In this document: piece after piece, positions 35,601 through 49,856 of the stretch
How positions within the stretch are numbered: the first letter of the stretch is position 1
How the letters are laid out: every line of letters starts with the position of its first letter
DNA from: Botryllus schlosseri
Lineage: Eukaryota
Direction: 5' to 3'
NCBI GenBank assembly: GCA_051294905.1
Contig: CM119378.1
Span: forward strand, 15,314,001 to 15,378,000
DNA: 64,000 nt
Translations under genes and position numbers: made by a program
Notes under the pieces: model-generated
The model's input: the letters and a program-made list of their open reading frames with translations, nothing else
Databases searched by the model: none
What the model was told of the DNA's origin: nothing

Positions 35601-38600
35601 GTCTATCCAAGACGAGGCCTGGTACGCGATGGTGGAGCTGCAGGAAGCATAAAGGTTTCAAATTGATTCGCACCAGGGGTAACTACCTAGCCACTCACTA
35701 ATTCGGCATTTGCGCCGCTGCCGATATTTTCTGCGTCAGTGAATTATCATTGCAGCCGTTTCCACCACAGATTTTATTAGATCCGTTCACTGTTTTATAA
35801 TCGTATCCTTCGGGCACTACGAAATATACCGGAGCGCCGACCGCGAGGTAGCTAAAACGAAGGCAAACGGTTTAAAAGTTTACATTTGAGAAGTAAACAG
35901 CAGACCACCTACTTGCTGATGCCGTCAAAGTAATCTAAGACGTACGAGTCGCTGGGCATGGACAGGCTCTGATCCAAGCCAATCTCGATTTTGTGAAGCA
36001 CAGCGCCGCTGAAACACGCGATTCCTGAGAAAAAAGGAGATTAAATATTAGAAATAATAAAAATATACTTGAAGAGCTAGTTGGAGGTACAGAACTTCAA
36101 TATACATATATACAATACATACATATATTGAATAATATATTCATATTTGTGTGCCTTGCAGTCGAATTTTACCGAAATACACCAACCTAGCCTGTGCCAA
36201 CAGAAGGAATCCTGTACCATCTAAAAATAGCACATTGAGCACAAGCGATCTCTCCGCCCTGATTATTCGAAATTTCGTATCAGTTACGTCATATTTGATT
36301 ATACAATTGTTGATTTACAATTTTCTTTCCAATTCTCTACTAGTTGCTGACGATCACCCCTGACGAGTGTCAGCAAAAATATTTGAGCTTATTTCAATAC
36401 GAATATACTGTTCAAAATTATACTTTTTCGAGATATCTAACTCTTGATGTTTACTTATGTATGTGTGTAGTCTTGATGAGATGCACCCGAAAAATTCCCA
36501 GGTTTCAAGACATGTATTCTTGCAGCGGGTGTTGTAATGAAACAAGATCAATTGGGACACAAGTCGAAGTATTTACAATGTCGAAGTGAGCACGCGTGAA
36601 ATCCAATTAACAGAGTGAGCAATGTCCACTCTTTGGTGTGCGTGTGTGTACTACTGCATCAACAACACCCGGATTAAACATCAACGTTTATGCACATACT
36701 GATTTAATCTGCACCCGGCATGTTAGTTTTCGACCAAACTATGTAAGCAAAATAAACTAAAAATAGCACCCCGGCGAACACTAGTGGAGATTGATTGTAA
36801 CCGACCGGTGACTAGGCACGAGTTCCTAAAATAACACAATGTGCACAATGCAGCATATTAGCACTATTCTGTGGAGATATCCGTCTCCATGCTGCTATTT
36901 ACTGTTACCGTTCGCCTTCACTCAAGTTTCGTTATTTAACATAAAAAAACTTAGTCAAGCATATGTAAGGGCTTCATGGGAATTTAAAGTTGATTTAAAA
37001 AAAAAAAATGGATTAATTGAAAAATCCAGTTGCAAACAATTGGAGTCGTGTATACACTGCTGTAGTAACTTTTGACTTTGCATCAAATTGATTACGGTTA
37101 CAGCAATCATCGACAACCGCGATCACATCCTCACCCATGAAAAAGACAAAGAAGATAGGCCGGACGTAGTCCCACAAGACAAAAGGGGCGACCACGCAAC
37201 GCATGATTTTGTGTAGCAGCCCTTCTGAATTTTCCGGTGACGACGAGGTATCTTTCACGCAACAGCAGCAGTCGTACCGGTTGCTATTCTGTAAGTAAAG
37301 ACAGTAGCTGACGAGAATGAACACAAAACTTTCAGCCACAAAGCCCAAGACCAATTACAAGAGTAGAGAAGTCGAACACGTAAAGAATGATAACGTTCGA
37401 TTAAAAAGAAATTTCCAGGCTACCGTGCCCCACACGTCCTTACCTCTCTCTTTGCATCGAGCGCGAGAACGGCCACAAAGCAGGTCATTTGCAAGAGAAA
37501 GTCGGTAAGCACGGCCAGGCCCGCGAACAGAGAAAACGTGCGGACGGCAGGCATCGTAGACATACCACCTGTTACAAAACGAACAATTATTATGAATGTG
37601 TTTCAGTCCCCGAGCTTCAGAGTCGAAGTTTCGTTAAATTTTCTCCCGCCAGAGTCACCGAGTCACAGAAACTTTGCTCCACACTACGTAGTCGGAAAAT
37701 ACACACTGGCTGGAGTCAGAGTTTCCTAAAATGCCCCGAATCCGACACCAACCACTTAGAAACCAAATGATCTAATGGGTTACAGTTACACTTACAGAAA
37801 TTTAATCAAGTTTCACACCTAGGCAGACCTTCACAAACGTAAATTCTTCCTATGAGTGCAGTTATATTTAAAAATGTTGATTTTCTTGGTAATAAAAACA
37901 ATCAAATAGGTAACAAATGCATAATTTCCTGAAATGATTCACAAGAATGTTGGAGTCAAGAGTCAGTCGGTACTCGAGACAAAGTTATGTCCTCAAAAAT
38001 ATCAAAAGTTCAAAAGTCACGAATCATACCCAAGAAAAATGCCATCGATTCAGACAGCGACGACATCAGCATGCTGGGCGCCACGTCGCCCAATATCCGT
38101 CCGATTTGCTGCTCCACGCTTTCTCTCGGGTCCCTCTCGTCCCTGAAAAATAGTAGAACAGTCTCAGTAAGGGGCGATTCCCGTGCGTTTCCCCCGCAAA
38201 AAAACAGTACCTTTGGTAGTGTTGCACAAGAATGAAAATATTATCGACACCAACGGCGAGCACGAGAAACGGCACGACTTCCACGATAATCAACGTCAAC
38301 GGCACCCCGGCGTAGCTGAAGATACCCAGAGACACGCCCACCGAGCAAAGCACGATGAGAACACCGCACAGGCCCACCGACAATTTCAACTCGATCTGTC
38401 GACGAAAAATATCAAATTTACACCCCGTGTCCCGATTTTTTTCTCGCGTGTGCGCATACCATGAGGCGTCCGAATTGCAGCGTTGAGAATTTGCCGAGGA
38501 ATATCGCTACGTATCCGAACATGATGATGTACGACACGGCGATGGTGATCATGTCGGCGCCCGACTCGCGGTTGATTTCGTCCTCGATGGACCGTTCCGC

Positions 38601-41600
38601 CGAGAAGGAGATGTTCAGGTTGTCGCTCGAGTAATTTTTCATAAATTTCAGGTACCTGAAAAACGGGACGACGGCTTGGTAAGTTCTGTTCACTATCGAG
38701 TATGGATAAATTGAGTGACTCAATTACGAATAGAGTATATACTTCAAAACGAGTCGACTAGTCCAGTATAACTCATCATGATGTTATACGAGTATGGATG
38801 ACGAGGAAGGTTCAAATATGTACATGTACGTACAAGTACATACAGTTTATGCGACCACAAAAAGAATGCCAATTCTACACCTCATTACAGATAATTTGGT
38901 ATTTTTATGAACTTTAATAATATATGCACTTCATACGCAATATTGCAATTTGCAAAATACACCGCTCTAGTGCAATAACAATTGATTAATGACATCATGT
39001 ATAAAAAAAGCCTTCTTCAGTGAATTCTTTATAGTATACCGAGAGATCAATGCGTTCTAGTTCCCGTCAACACCATTCGGGTACGATTGGCATTGAAAAA
39101 TGTAGAAGTGAAATCTGGAAGTAGTGACCTCCAACCAGCAGTGCTGCATGAGAGTGCAATTTCTCAATTATACCTTGCGAATGCAATGTAGGATAATGCC
39201 ATCCCTGTCCCATGGGGATGACACCAATAAAACTACCAATCCAGATCAATCAATCAATCAATCCAGAACTCTAAAAACCACAAATACAATCTTACTCTTT
39301 CTCCCACGCCAAGGCTCTGCCCAGCTTCAAAGGGTCGTTGTAAATGTTATTGACAGAAAAGGTGATAACCGCCGCGGTGGCGTTGAGATAATTTTTGCCG
39401 CCGAATCCGCCGAGGCCCACCCACGGAAAGACGGGACCGCCGTAGGTGCCGAGACAGCTCATGTGAAGTTTGGTTGTGTCATCGACGGACGTCGGACCAC
39501 TGAAGGAAAAAAAACATGCGATGAAGACTTGCACAAAGAACGGTTGATCGATTGGAACGGATTCATTTCGTTCAAAACAGCGTTCAAAGGTCACTTGGCA
39601 CATGGAGGACGAGTCTGGATTTCGTGTCAAAGTCCAAAAATGTTTGGTAAAAGGATATCGATACGAAATCGGCACAAATCAAAAAGCCATGCTTCCAAAC
39701 ATAATACCACCAACAGCTGTATCGACATATTGAAGATATTTGATTATTTGTTCTTGCCCATCAAATCAATAAGAAGTATCACGTGTCTTTACTCTTTACG
39801 AGTGCGAGCAAGAATTCAAGTTTTCCTCCCGCACAACAGCTTGCCCTACTTCTAATTCTCAACACCATTCGTTTATAGTCAGCGATTATACCAAGTTGCA
39901 GTTTGACCGCTTGGCGTGCCCATTCATAAAAGAACAATTCAGATTTTCTTTCTGCTTCTCAGATATCGCGTAATACGTCACACATTGAAACATGACTCAA
40001 CGATTCATTGAGCGTTGCGAAAACAAAGTTTCGAAGTCCGGTGTTACTGAGAGCGATCCCATGACTGTAAACGTTTAAATTATGCAAAGCGCAGCAGAAT
40101 AAGATTCCAATACGCTGTCGGATAGAGAGGTATAGAACACACCTCACGTGACATAACGGTAACACAGATTCCAAATCAGCATATTCTATTCTAGTACAAG
40201 GACTTTATGTTTATCACAAATCAGGAATCCTCGGGCAATTAAACGTATCTGTTACTGTACAGTAGGACTGTTCAAAAATGACTTTTTTTCTCAAATCGTA
40301 CTGGCTACTTGATAAAATTGTTAGGTTACCTAATTTAAGCCTACACACAAAATTTGGTTCAATTCCAGCCAGTAACCGCTTTGCTACAGGAGAAGAAAGT
40401 TTCTATTCATTATATAAAAATAAATAAAAAAAATTAAAAAATTTCTGTTCACCCCATGAAAGTGTTGGGTTGTCTAAAGAAACGATGCTCACCAAATTTG
40501 GTTCAATTCCAACCAGTGGAAATGGAGTTATTGCCGTCGAAAAATTTGGATTTGAATAAAATAATATTTACAGTGGGCACCACCATACTAAATAATTAAA
40601 GAATTGGCCACCGTAAATACTATTTTATTCATAATCCAAAGACTTTATCGCCTTTATACCTTATTCAAATTTGTGATCAATTTTCAACTCACGGTGCATA
40701 TCAATTTGGCAGTGCAGTGAACTTCGATGCCACTTATGTCGAAATTATTGACAATTGGTAATAAAATATACAACAGACACCGATTCAGCAATATCAAGCT
40801 CACTTGGTGCACGAAATCAGATGGTCGTGGAAATCGGCTTGAAGCCCGAAGAAGTCCGAGAAAGTTTTATGGAGGTTGGTTCGGTTGTTCTGGAACCAGT
40901 TCAACGGCGACATGATGGCACAGTTCTGATTGTAAGGCGCCAGCGGCTTCAAACAGATGTCTTCCAAGGTGATATTGCGATTTTCGTCAGGATAAAACGC
41001 GGTGATGTTTTCAACCGCCAGCTGGAGACTCAGAATCTGGCAAGAGGTAGAATCGATTTCAATTCACAATTTAAACTGTGCGCAGTTTGGCACGCTACCA
41101 AACAGTATAACCTGTGCCGCTACGATCAATACAACGCGTGTCTTAACGTCATTAGCAGTAGTGTACTGATGCCGAACAAATAGTTACTAGTGCAGGAGTA
41201 GTTGGATTCTACTTTAACAGCAAAAAGCGCAGCACACCTCATCAAGAACATCCCGAAATCCCAATATCGGTCCAAAATGGACGTATTTAATATCCTTCGG
41301 GTCCGTGCTGTCCGTGTACAGCTTGTAGTCCATGCCTGTCCAATTTTTTGCCACTATGATCAATTGCTCGGTCCTGAAAAAGACCGCAAGAAAACTATTG
41401 ATACAGACACGAATTACTTAACAGCGGCAACACACAAACCTGTAAAAAGGCTCAAAATGACTGTCGAAGTACTCTTTCTGTATCCTAGCTTCGCTCTCTG
41501 GCGACGACCACAATTCTACAGGGTCGGTGGTCACTTGCATCTTCACAAGACCAGAGGTGCATACGGCGACAAAAACGACACCTGAATACAGCAGAGTGTA

Positions 41601-44600
41601 AAACTGCGACTGTAAGATTTCAACCAACAACAAAACCCACCGATCAGGATTATCAAATACGGGCGACTGGCACAAAAAGTACCCCACCGACTGAACACAC
41701 TATGCAGGACCCTGTCCATCTTCATGCCTAGCTTGACGCAACTGGATGGAACATCATTGCTAACGACTTTCGGAGAGTAGTAGGGATCTGCGTTCTCTAA
41801 CAGCGTGTTACCGTACGTCGATTTCTGATGCTTTGATTTGTAAATGTACGTAGACACATTGCTATACACTGTACAACGATTGAAGGTCGTAAGGCAAACT
41901 ATTTTCGCGTCCCGCTACAGGCTACACTCACGGTATACGAAAGACAAAGACACAAACACAAATGTCATGACGACGTAATACCCGTCCAGTCCAAAGATAA
42001 GCCACGGTTTTGCTGGCGGTGGTGGAGAAGGAGGTGGCCCAGAGCAGCTGGCGGGACAGTCGTTACAGCTGCACCCACCTTAAACAAGAAGAATTTGATC
42101 ATCTGGCTGTGGTACATGTATGCGACATGCAGACAGCTATCGCAATATCAAACATACAGCCGTATAGGCAGGCTTGCCATAACATCCTTATCAAATATTT
42201 GTCCTTATTTGAAGGGTGATGTCTTATAAAACTACGTTATCCTCATTTCTAAGAGTTGTCCTATTTTCACTCGTGTCCTTAGTTTGTCTTATTTTTGGCA
42301 ATAACGCCACGACTAAAACTGGGCGAAAATGATGAACTTATCTTTGGCCATCAGTTTACAATTTACAAATTTCACGGTTACTCAAGTCAGAGTTTTTGGC
42401 TGTCCTTAGTTTTTGATCCATATATTGCTTTAGCATTGTTGCGATCGACCATTTGGCTAGTCCTGGGACAGGCCAACAGAATTGATTGGCTTGACACACG
42501 GTACACACTTGACTATGTAAATTTCTCCACAATCCACCACTATCTGAATCTAAGCCAATATGCATTCAAGGTTATAGTACTGAATACACAAGAAACAAGT
42601 AGGCCTACAGTTGTTGCTAAGCGGAATAGGACAAAGAAATATTTAGACTTCGAAATATAAATTGACCATAAATGTATTGGTAACCGTAAGATATCTATAA
42701 CGTGAAATATATTCGTGCTGAATAGTTTCAACTCACCATCGCCACCGGGAACGCTCTGGTTGCACGGTATCGCTGGGGCGTTCATCGATCCCCCCTCATC
42801 TCCGGGCTTCAGGTAATTCACATCGATTTGAAACGGGGCAAATCCGTTGCTCGCTGAGTTCATGTAAGATATCCATTTCTGCAAATTTTGCAATGTGAAA
42901 CAGATCATAGAACACGAAAGGAATCAAGCAGGAACGTACCTCGGCCGTGCATTTATCTGCGTACGGCCCGCAAAGTAAATCTACCGCCGGCGCATTGGTC
43001 GAGGGATTGGTAACGTGTTTGCATGAATCGAACATGCTTTCTGCGTAAACGGTGGAGATATTATAGTACATCCCGGTGACAAAAGTCTTGTCCGAGAAGC
43101 TGTGGTAATTCCCGGCAGCTATAAAAAAGTACGATTAGGAGTCCTGAAAAGGGCGGAAACCTGGTTAAACCCTACATCCGTTCTGGTACCCTGTCGGGTT
43201 GGTGTAGACACTTTGGTTCGGACTGCATGTCATGTAGCAGAAGAGCGATACAAAGTTATAAAAGCACGTCGGACATCTGGAGAAAGCCTGGTACGGCACT
43301 TGAATGTTCGATTTGATGGTGTTGAGTTGGGACGAATCGCAACATGTCCGTGTTTCGTTGCCTGCGAACACACACCAAAGAGAATCATCACGGTATGGAA
43401 ATATATATATAAAACTACTGCTCAAAGAATTAGATGTGCATAAAATTGTCTAGAATTCACTCAGTAGCACAAATGTGACGCTTGTCGAGGCAGGCACAGG
43501 CACAAAACCAATTTCAACGATAGAGTAACGAAAACGAAAGGTAAATTAAACCTAGGGTTGTGATGGTTTGTACCTGAAGTCATAGGCAACTTTCAAGATA
43601 GGAATAACACTACATAGGACAGTCAACACTGCATGGATCTAAGTGAAACCATGAAGTGATTTTTAAGTTACGGATATCCCTTTTGGCCGCGACCATTTCA
43701 TAAATAAACAAATAGATTGACAATTCTACAATTAATTAATATGACAGGACACTGTGTAGGCAACCCAGGCAATTTGGCTTTCCAAACAGAATTACCTCCT
43801 TAAGGTATATACAAACATAAGAAATTACGTAACACACAGGAAATGTAATGTCATTTCCTATGTGATTTGTAAACTGATTAACACAACCCTAATGTTGGAT
43901 ATTATTAGTCATATATGTCAAATTATGTCATTATTACCATTATAGAGCATTGGGCAAACTTCCAGCAGCAGATCAAGATCTTTTGAAGGCAATAAGGGAG
44001 CTTTATCGTTGCTGTAGCAGTTTAGATTCTTATTAGTCTGTGTGTTTGTGGCACATTCTCCATACATAATGCATCGTCCTTTTTCATGTTTCACTGTAGG
44101 ATTACTCGCGACCACCAGTACCTGAAGTAAAACGCGATTGAATAGGCAACATTGTGTCAAGAGATACAAGTGTGGGTGAAACCATATTAAATAGTGGACA
44201 TTAATAGGCCACAAAGCACATAGGCCAAAGATCAATGAGACCAAAGTTCAAACTATAGGCACAATATTGACATGCACAAACAAGCCAAGTGTGACATATC
44301 TGATACCCGAATCATATAACACCAATATCGGCAATATGCGAACCCGAATGATATAACACCAGTTTTGGCAATATGCAATCAGATCATTTCAAGTCTACAT
44401 GCGTTCAAGGGTCAACCTACAATGATGAATAACAACTTATATACGCAGGTATAACTGTTCAAATTGACAATCATGTTCCTGTGGCACAGTCACCACTGTC
44501 ACCAGTACATAATTAGATAACACAGGTACGATCTCTACTACAGGATTGTGAATGTGAAACAGCCATTACACCAGGGTCATATATGGATAACTGGGGGGCC

Positions 44601-45572
44601 ATACTACATACATATATTCGACATAGGCTTTCTGTACGGTCGCCACTGAATTCCTGTTGAATTCGGCGCTTAGTGATTGTGATAATTAGTTACTATATAC
44701 CCTCTTCATTAAACGATGGCTCATTCATGCACCGTAACCAATGCTATTGCTGCATAATAACTAAAGCTGGGCAAATTGAGTACCTACCTAATGACAAGTC
44801 TACACCATATTAAGAAAATTTGGTAGCCTACTATTGGTAATATCAGTACTCCCTGTCTAACAATTCACGATAACATTAATTTTGGAATTTTGGAATACAA
44901 CATTGATGTATCGCTTTTACAAATAATGGCAGTTATTACGTTGCTAATTACATTTCTAATGACGAATTCACTGGTAACTTACTCTAGTTAAGTTTTTGCA
45001 AGCACACAATAATCTGGAATTTCACAAACATTAACAGTATCTCAATAGCAGATAAAATGAATAACCAGTGTGGCAAACAGCATTAATAAATTTCCTTTGA
45101 GTCACCAATTAATTTCATTTGTTCATTTAGTAATATTTTAGCTACTTTTATCTGTTCAGAACTCCACAAGATTGTGACAGAATGAAATCACAGTCAAAGT
45201 GTCTAAAAGGCTTGGTATAGTGCATCAATGACACTCCCATCACTTGTCGCTTAAGTCCTGATATCAGTTTGGACTCAATGAAAGTCAGTCAGTCAGTATA
45301 TTTTTATTCATTTCACCAAGAAACACAACAGACAAATCGTTTGGGAGACGGCAGGCGACCGTTACGTTATTCAAGTAATCATAATTAAGCATAGCTGCAT
45401 GTATCAGTAGGCCTACTCGGCATTCGGTAGTGACGTCTGACGTGAAACTATCATAGGCTACACATACAATTTGCCAAATGAAACGACACTTTCCATCACA
45501 GGTAATTCAAAAATGTTAACTCACTTGGACAACGAGAAGACACAGAGAACATATTGAAATCACACGATCCAT
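32685..45572 (-). CDS. NPC1: Niemann-Pick C1 lysosomal sterol transporter (NPC1/NPC1L1 family), about 1320 aa, 26 coding exons
   Basis: Exons 5' to 3': 45572-45525, 44121-43938, 43361-43176, 43118-42940, 42878-42737, 42078-41932, 41868-41641, 41581-41440, 41373-41238, 41036-40804, 39499-39296, 38655-38460, 38395-38211, 38142-38030, 37568-37444, 37288-37135, 36024-35913, 35851-35699, 35637-35520, 34821-34682, 34469-34390, 34326-34132, 34061-33892, 33434-33321, 33027-32865, 32800-32685. All GT-AG with matching phases. Motifs: signal peptide [50 protein letters not shown] ([29 protein letters not shown]), [38 protein letters not shown]. Confidence 0.97.
40290..40560. repeat. Intronic repeat with two aaatttggttcaattcca.ccagt units; possibly a Helentron/HINE-like remnant
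   Basis: Direct repeat at about 40349 and 40494. The class assignment is inference only. Confidence 0.35.
42169..42465. mobile_element. Degenerate family I hAT MITE in an NPC1 intron
   Basis: caggcttgccat...gtccttattt repeats...ggctagtcctg; aligns with 3136-3270. Confidence 0.65.
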
Positions 45573-46893
45573 ATTGGACAGACCGACAACCAAAGCAGTC
45601 GGGCCACAAGCTATTGCAACTTGCACTGTCAAACCAACTAACAATCTGTAAAAGTAAAGAAAGAGTTGATGAAATAATTCTATTGGTCAACGGTCAATTA
45701 TTGGCCAATGATACCCTAAATATAATGATTTTGAATCCCATTTTACACCATATAAAATACATGAAGTTCAACTTGAACTACTTCCCCATAAACAATCTTG
45801 CTGGTGGCAACTCAATCAGTGATCTCAATACAGTATACAGTAAAAGAATGAATATTGGATGAAAACTAATAAAACTGTGAATCACTCATTTCAATCAAGA
45901 TTACACACTGATGTTTCCGACACTCCACAAATTCCGCGGCTGTCAATTACCAGGGCCGACGTATACTAGACAGTCTCACATTAACCGAGTGGTTGACGCA
46001 TTTACAATTACGCAAAATTAACGCACGTTATATAGGCGTCATCACGATAGTCACTCACGACACAGTCACTAGACCAGCCTGCCGCTGGCTGTCTTTCAAC
46101 AACTGACTACGGACAGCATATAACGCATTTAGTGCGATACTGGCTATAGTATAAACGAAAATAACGTAGCACCAACAACCCAGGATTCAGATTGTACTAT
46201 ACGACAAGCAAACAACGCGACCACGGCGTTACGTTAACGAAGCTTCTCCGCAGACCCGCCCCTGGATACCACCTAGAAATCACGCCACTTTTTACGTAAT
46301 GAATGAGTTGTGTTCATCCAAGCATCACCACCAACATATTCAGAGTAATGTTTACATATCTCAGTGAAGAGAGAAATCATCTGTTATAGTGAGCACTAGA
46401 TGGTGCAACTGCAGGGCTTCGGAGCAGCCGTAAATTTTAACTGCTCCAGCTCCGGCTCCGGAGCTTTCTTCTATCATACATTATCTCCGGCTCCAGCTCC
46501 GGAGCCGCATTATTACCACTGCTCCGGCTCCAGCTCCGGCTCCGACAATTATCGAATAAGTCTGTCTATATATAGACATGGGTGGCCAACCGGCGGCCCG
46601 CGGGCCGAATGTGACCCGCGAGAGTCTTTATTTTCATCGAACCAAAATACATAACAAGCGGCAGTGATGGTGGTACAGAAAATATGCGTGCACAGTATTC
46701 GGTATTAGATAGGAATGATCGATAAGACCGTGAAGGTCATCTAGTCTGATCACACCAGCATCAAACAGGTACACTTGACTCTGAACAGTCTGGCTGTAAA
46801 GAAATGTTTAGTTAAAGGAAAATAGAAAGAAAAATTAAACAACGGTGGCAAATGATCAATGAAGCAATGTCTGGGCGAGGTAGGGCAACAGTG

Positions 46894-49809
46894 TTAGTGT
46901 AACGACAAGAGGTGATCAAGTAGGGCTTTTTTGAATCTATTATAAGGCAATTCACGGATATGTGGTGGTAATGCATTCCAGATGATAGGTCCCGAGTAGT
47001 CGATAGATCTCTTAGTTAGGTTGCTATTGGGTGGGGGTAAGTAGATGTTTCCTTTAGACGAGGATCTCGTGTAATGGGAATGGACATGTTTAGCAGGTAT
47101 GAAAAAGTCATCAAACACAGGAGGCAGACTATTGGAAAAATATTTGTGAACAACTTTTGATACTTCGAAGCGATATAGTTCATCAACTCGCAAAATTCGA
47201 TGCTTACGGTAGTAAGGCGATAAATTGGTACGTAAAGGTACAGATGAGATCAGCCGTATCGCACGGTTTTGCAGGGTTCGAATTCTGCACAAAAATGTTG
47301 TGCATGCATTTCCCCATACTAGGATTCCATATTGCAGATGAGAGTGGAAAAGAGAGAAGTAGATGGTTCGTAGCACTGATCTGGAAACCAAAGATTGGAG
47401 ACGGGTCATTATTCCCACACACCGAGCTAGTTTTGATATTGTGCATTCAATATGCTGCTTCCAAGACAATCTGGAATCAATGGTGACGCCGAGATATTTT
47501 GCTGAGTCACATATTGAGATTTGTTTATGATTGATGTTCACAGTGAAATCATGACTGGCATTATTTAAAACGAGCATCTCGGTCTTATCTGCATTCAAAC
47601 TTAGTTTGTTTGCTTGGAGCCATCTCGACACTTTTGGGAGTTCCATATTCACAGATGCATGCAAACCATCGACAGTGTTGGAGGTTATGAAGAGGTGAGT
47701 ATCATCAGCAAATAGCGTTGTGCGGAATAAAGATGCATTAACAATGTCGTTAATATAAATGAGGAAAAAAGTCGGTCCAAGGACTGAGCCTTGTGGCACT
47801 CCACAAGTTATATCTCTGGTAGTCGTTCTTAATGACCCCAGTTTAACAAATTGTTTGCGGTTTGCCAGGTAGCTTTCAAGTAGAGTTGCTGCAATACCCC
47901 TGATTTCATAGTGTTCTAGCTTGTATCTTAAGATTCTGTGGTTAACTGTGTCGAAAGCTTTGCGGAGATCGATAAAAATGCTGCAGCCACTTTCTTTTTG
48001 CCTGATGGTTTTGTAATAGTCCGTTACAATTGACAGTATTGCATGGTTGGTGTTGTGGTTGGATCTGAATCCATGCTGAGTCGGAGACAGTACTGCATTC
48101 AATTCAAAAAAGTTCTTTAGTCGGCAGTCAATCAGTTTCTCAAAAACCGTGGCAAGATTTGGCAAAACAGATATTGGTCGGTAGTTAGAAATTAGCTTTT
48201 TACAGCCTTTCTTAAACACTGGCATTACTCTGGCAGTTTTCAGTGCATCTGGGAAAATGCCTAGACGTATCGACTCATTAAAGAAAATGCATATAACATC
48301 ACCAATAATATTAAAGACTAGCTTCAGAAAGTGAGTTGGGATGAGATCGGGTCCTACTGCTTTGTTACTTTTCATTTCAGATAATACGATCGCAACTTCT
48401 CCTTTACTTGTCGGCTCAAGAAAAATGGATTTCTGAGGGCCAGGACTCAAGTACGAGAGAAAGTCATCGGAGGAGTCTGGTATTGAAGCTGCAAGATCCG
48501 GACCAATGTTGCAAAAATACTGATTGAACTTTTCTGCTACTGCAAGCTGGTCTTTGATGATGCTGCCATTCTCGAGTAGCTCGATGTCATCAGCACTCTT
48601 GGGAGCATTACCTTTAGTTAGGTTGATAATTTCTCCAATGGTTTTCCATGTGTTCTTGGGATCTTTGGAGCACTCTTCAAATCTTTTTTGGAAGTATGCT
48701 TTTTTGGCATTTTCTTTCATATGCGTCACTTGGTTTGCATATTTTTTGTACACTTTTTTGCCTTCGATGGTGCCTTGCAGATAGTAGTGCTTATGCATCC
48801 AATCCCTTGTTTTGATCGCAACTAGTATGTCATGACCAATCCAGGGTTTCGATTTCAAGCGCCTTGCATTGCGGTTGACTTTCCTAATTGGGAAAGATGT
48901 GTCGAGGGCTGCCCGCAGTTCCTCAATAAATTTTTCAAAATGGCGGTTGTAGTTGTCAGTTGTGAGTGGAGGAATTTTGTAGTTGTTGAAGGTATTGCTG
49001 ACAATTTCAATATATTCCTCAATACCGCGTGGGTTTAAGGGCGTTCGAGATTCAAATTCTTTAGCACAATGTGGCAGGGCCAATTTCATGTGGCAGATGA
49101 TGGGATAGTGATCGGTCATACTGTGTTGGAGCACAAAAGGGGACAGGTGATATTGATGAGTGTTGCAGTAGAAGTGATCTAGTAGAGTTTTGGATTGATC
49201 AGCTATTCTTGTGGGTTCAGTAATTATCTGAGCTATTCCATAAGAATCAAGCATTTCACGGTACCTTGTGTTAAAGTTGGTGGTCTTCAGCAAATCAATA
49301 TTTATGTCTCCCATAATAAATATTTGTTCGTTAGCTGCCGTTAGCGTTTCCAGAATATTTGAGAATTCGTCAAGAAAAGTCTCTTGCTTTGTTCCTGGGT
49401 GTTTGTAGATGACTGCCACTGTGAGAGCTTTTGGTACATGTACTCTGACAAATATATATTCTACGCCTTCGGTTTCAAATTTTACGTCGGGCATCATGTC
49501 ATATCTCAGACCTTCGTTGATGTATAGTCCAACACCTCCAGCGTTCGTTTTAGATGGCGAGTGTAAAAAATTGAAACCTGTCAGGTTAACATTAGTCGTT
49601 GGATGTTCTTTCAACTTGGTCTCAGAGATTCCGATGATGGTTGGTGAGCAATTGAACATTTTAAACAGGGGGGGAATTTCATCTAGATGAGCTTGGAGGG
49701 ATCTTGTGTTTAAGTGTGCAAGTAAAATTCCTTGAGATGATGGGATATCACTACTATTCGTTGAGTTGATAGATCTGCAGTTGCTCACGTTGAAAAAGTT
49801 TTGAGCCAT
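46894..49809 (-). CDS. LINE ORF2: APE endonuclease plus reverse transcriptase (971 aa)
   Basis: APE motifs HLNTRSL, ISETKL, GGVGLY, MGDINID, LLDH, TDHYPI; RT motifs YRPISVLP, QHGFR, IDLRKAFDTV, GVPQGSVLGP, FADDT, KYLGV. Confidence 0.97.
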   Translation of the reverse strand: MAQNFFNVSNCRSINSTNSSDIPSSQGILLAHLNTRSLQAHLDEIPPLFKMFNCSPTIIGISETKLKEHPTTNVNLTGFNFLHSPSKTNAGGVGLYINEGLRYDMMPDVKFETEGVEYIFVRVHVPKALTVAVIYKHPGTKQETFLDEFSNILETLTAANEQIFIMGDINIDLLKTTNFNTRYREMLDSYGIAQIITEPTRIADQSKTLLDHFYCNTHQYHLSPFVLQHSMTDHYPIICHMKLALPHCAKEFESRTPLNPRGIEEYIEIVSNTFNNYKIPPLTTDNYNRHFEKFIEELRAALDTSFPIRKVNRNARRLKSKPWIGHDILVAIKTRDWMHKHYYLQGTIEGKKVYKKYANQVTHMKENAKKAYFQKRFEECSKDPKNTWKTIGEIINLTKGNAPKSADDIELLENGSIIKDQLAVAEKFNQYFCNIGPDLAASIPDSSDDFLSYLSPGPQKSIFLEPTSKGEVAIVLSEMKSNKAVGPDLIPTHFLKLVFNIIGDVICIFFNESIRLGIFPDALKTARVMPVFKKGCKKLISNYRPISVLPNLATVFEKLIDCRLKNFFELNAVLSPTQHGFRSNHNTNHAILSIVTDYYKTIRQKESGCSIFIDLRKAFDTVNHRILRYKLEHYEIRGIAATLLESYLANRKQFVKLGSLRTTTRDITCGVPQGSVLGPTFFLIYINDIVNASLFRTTLFADDTHLFITSNTVDGLHASVNMELPKVSRWLQANKLSLNADKTEMLVLNNASHDFTVNINHKQISICDSAKYLGVTIDSRLSWKQHIECTISKLARCVGIMTRLQSLVSRSVLRTIYFSLFHSHLQYGILVWGNACTTFLCRIRTLQNRAIRLISSVPLRTNLSPYYRKHRILRVDELYRFEVSKVVHKYFSNSLPPVFDDFFIPAKHVHSHYTRSSSKGNIYLPPPNSNLTKRSIDYSGPIIWNALPPHIRELPYNRFKKALLDHLLSLH

Positions 49810-49856
49810 TTTTTAGGGTGGGTTGCGTTTGCAGTGAGAGAGCAGTATAGCAGTTT

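Noticed and set aside
39124-39855. 243-aa plus-strand ORF and similar long antisense ORFs (33893, 40755, 41202, 43102, 50293)
   Set aside because: They are shadows opposite NPC1 exons or LINE ORF1 with no independent motifs.
45496-45690. Supplied ORF frame (MFSVSSRCP) as NPC1 exon 1
   Set aside because: It ends in phase 1 while the next exon starts in phase 0; the ATG at 45572 gives phase 0 and a proper signal peptide.
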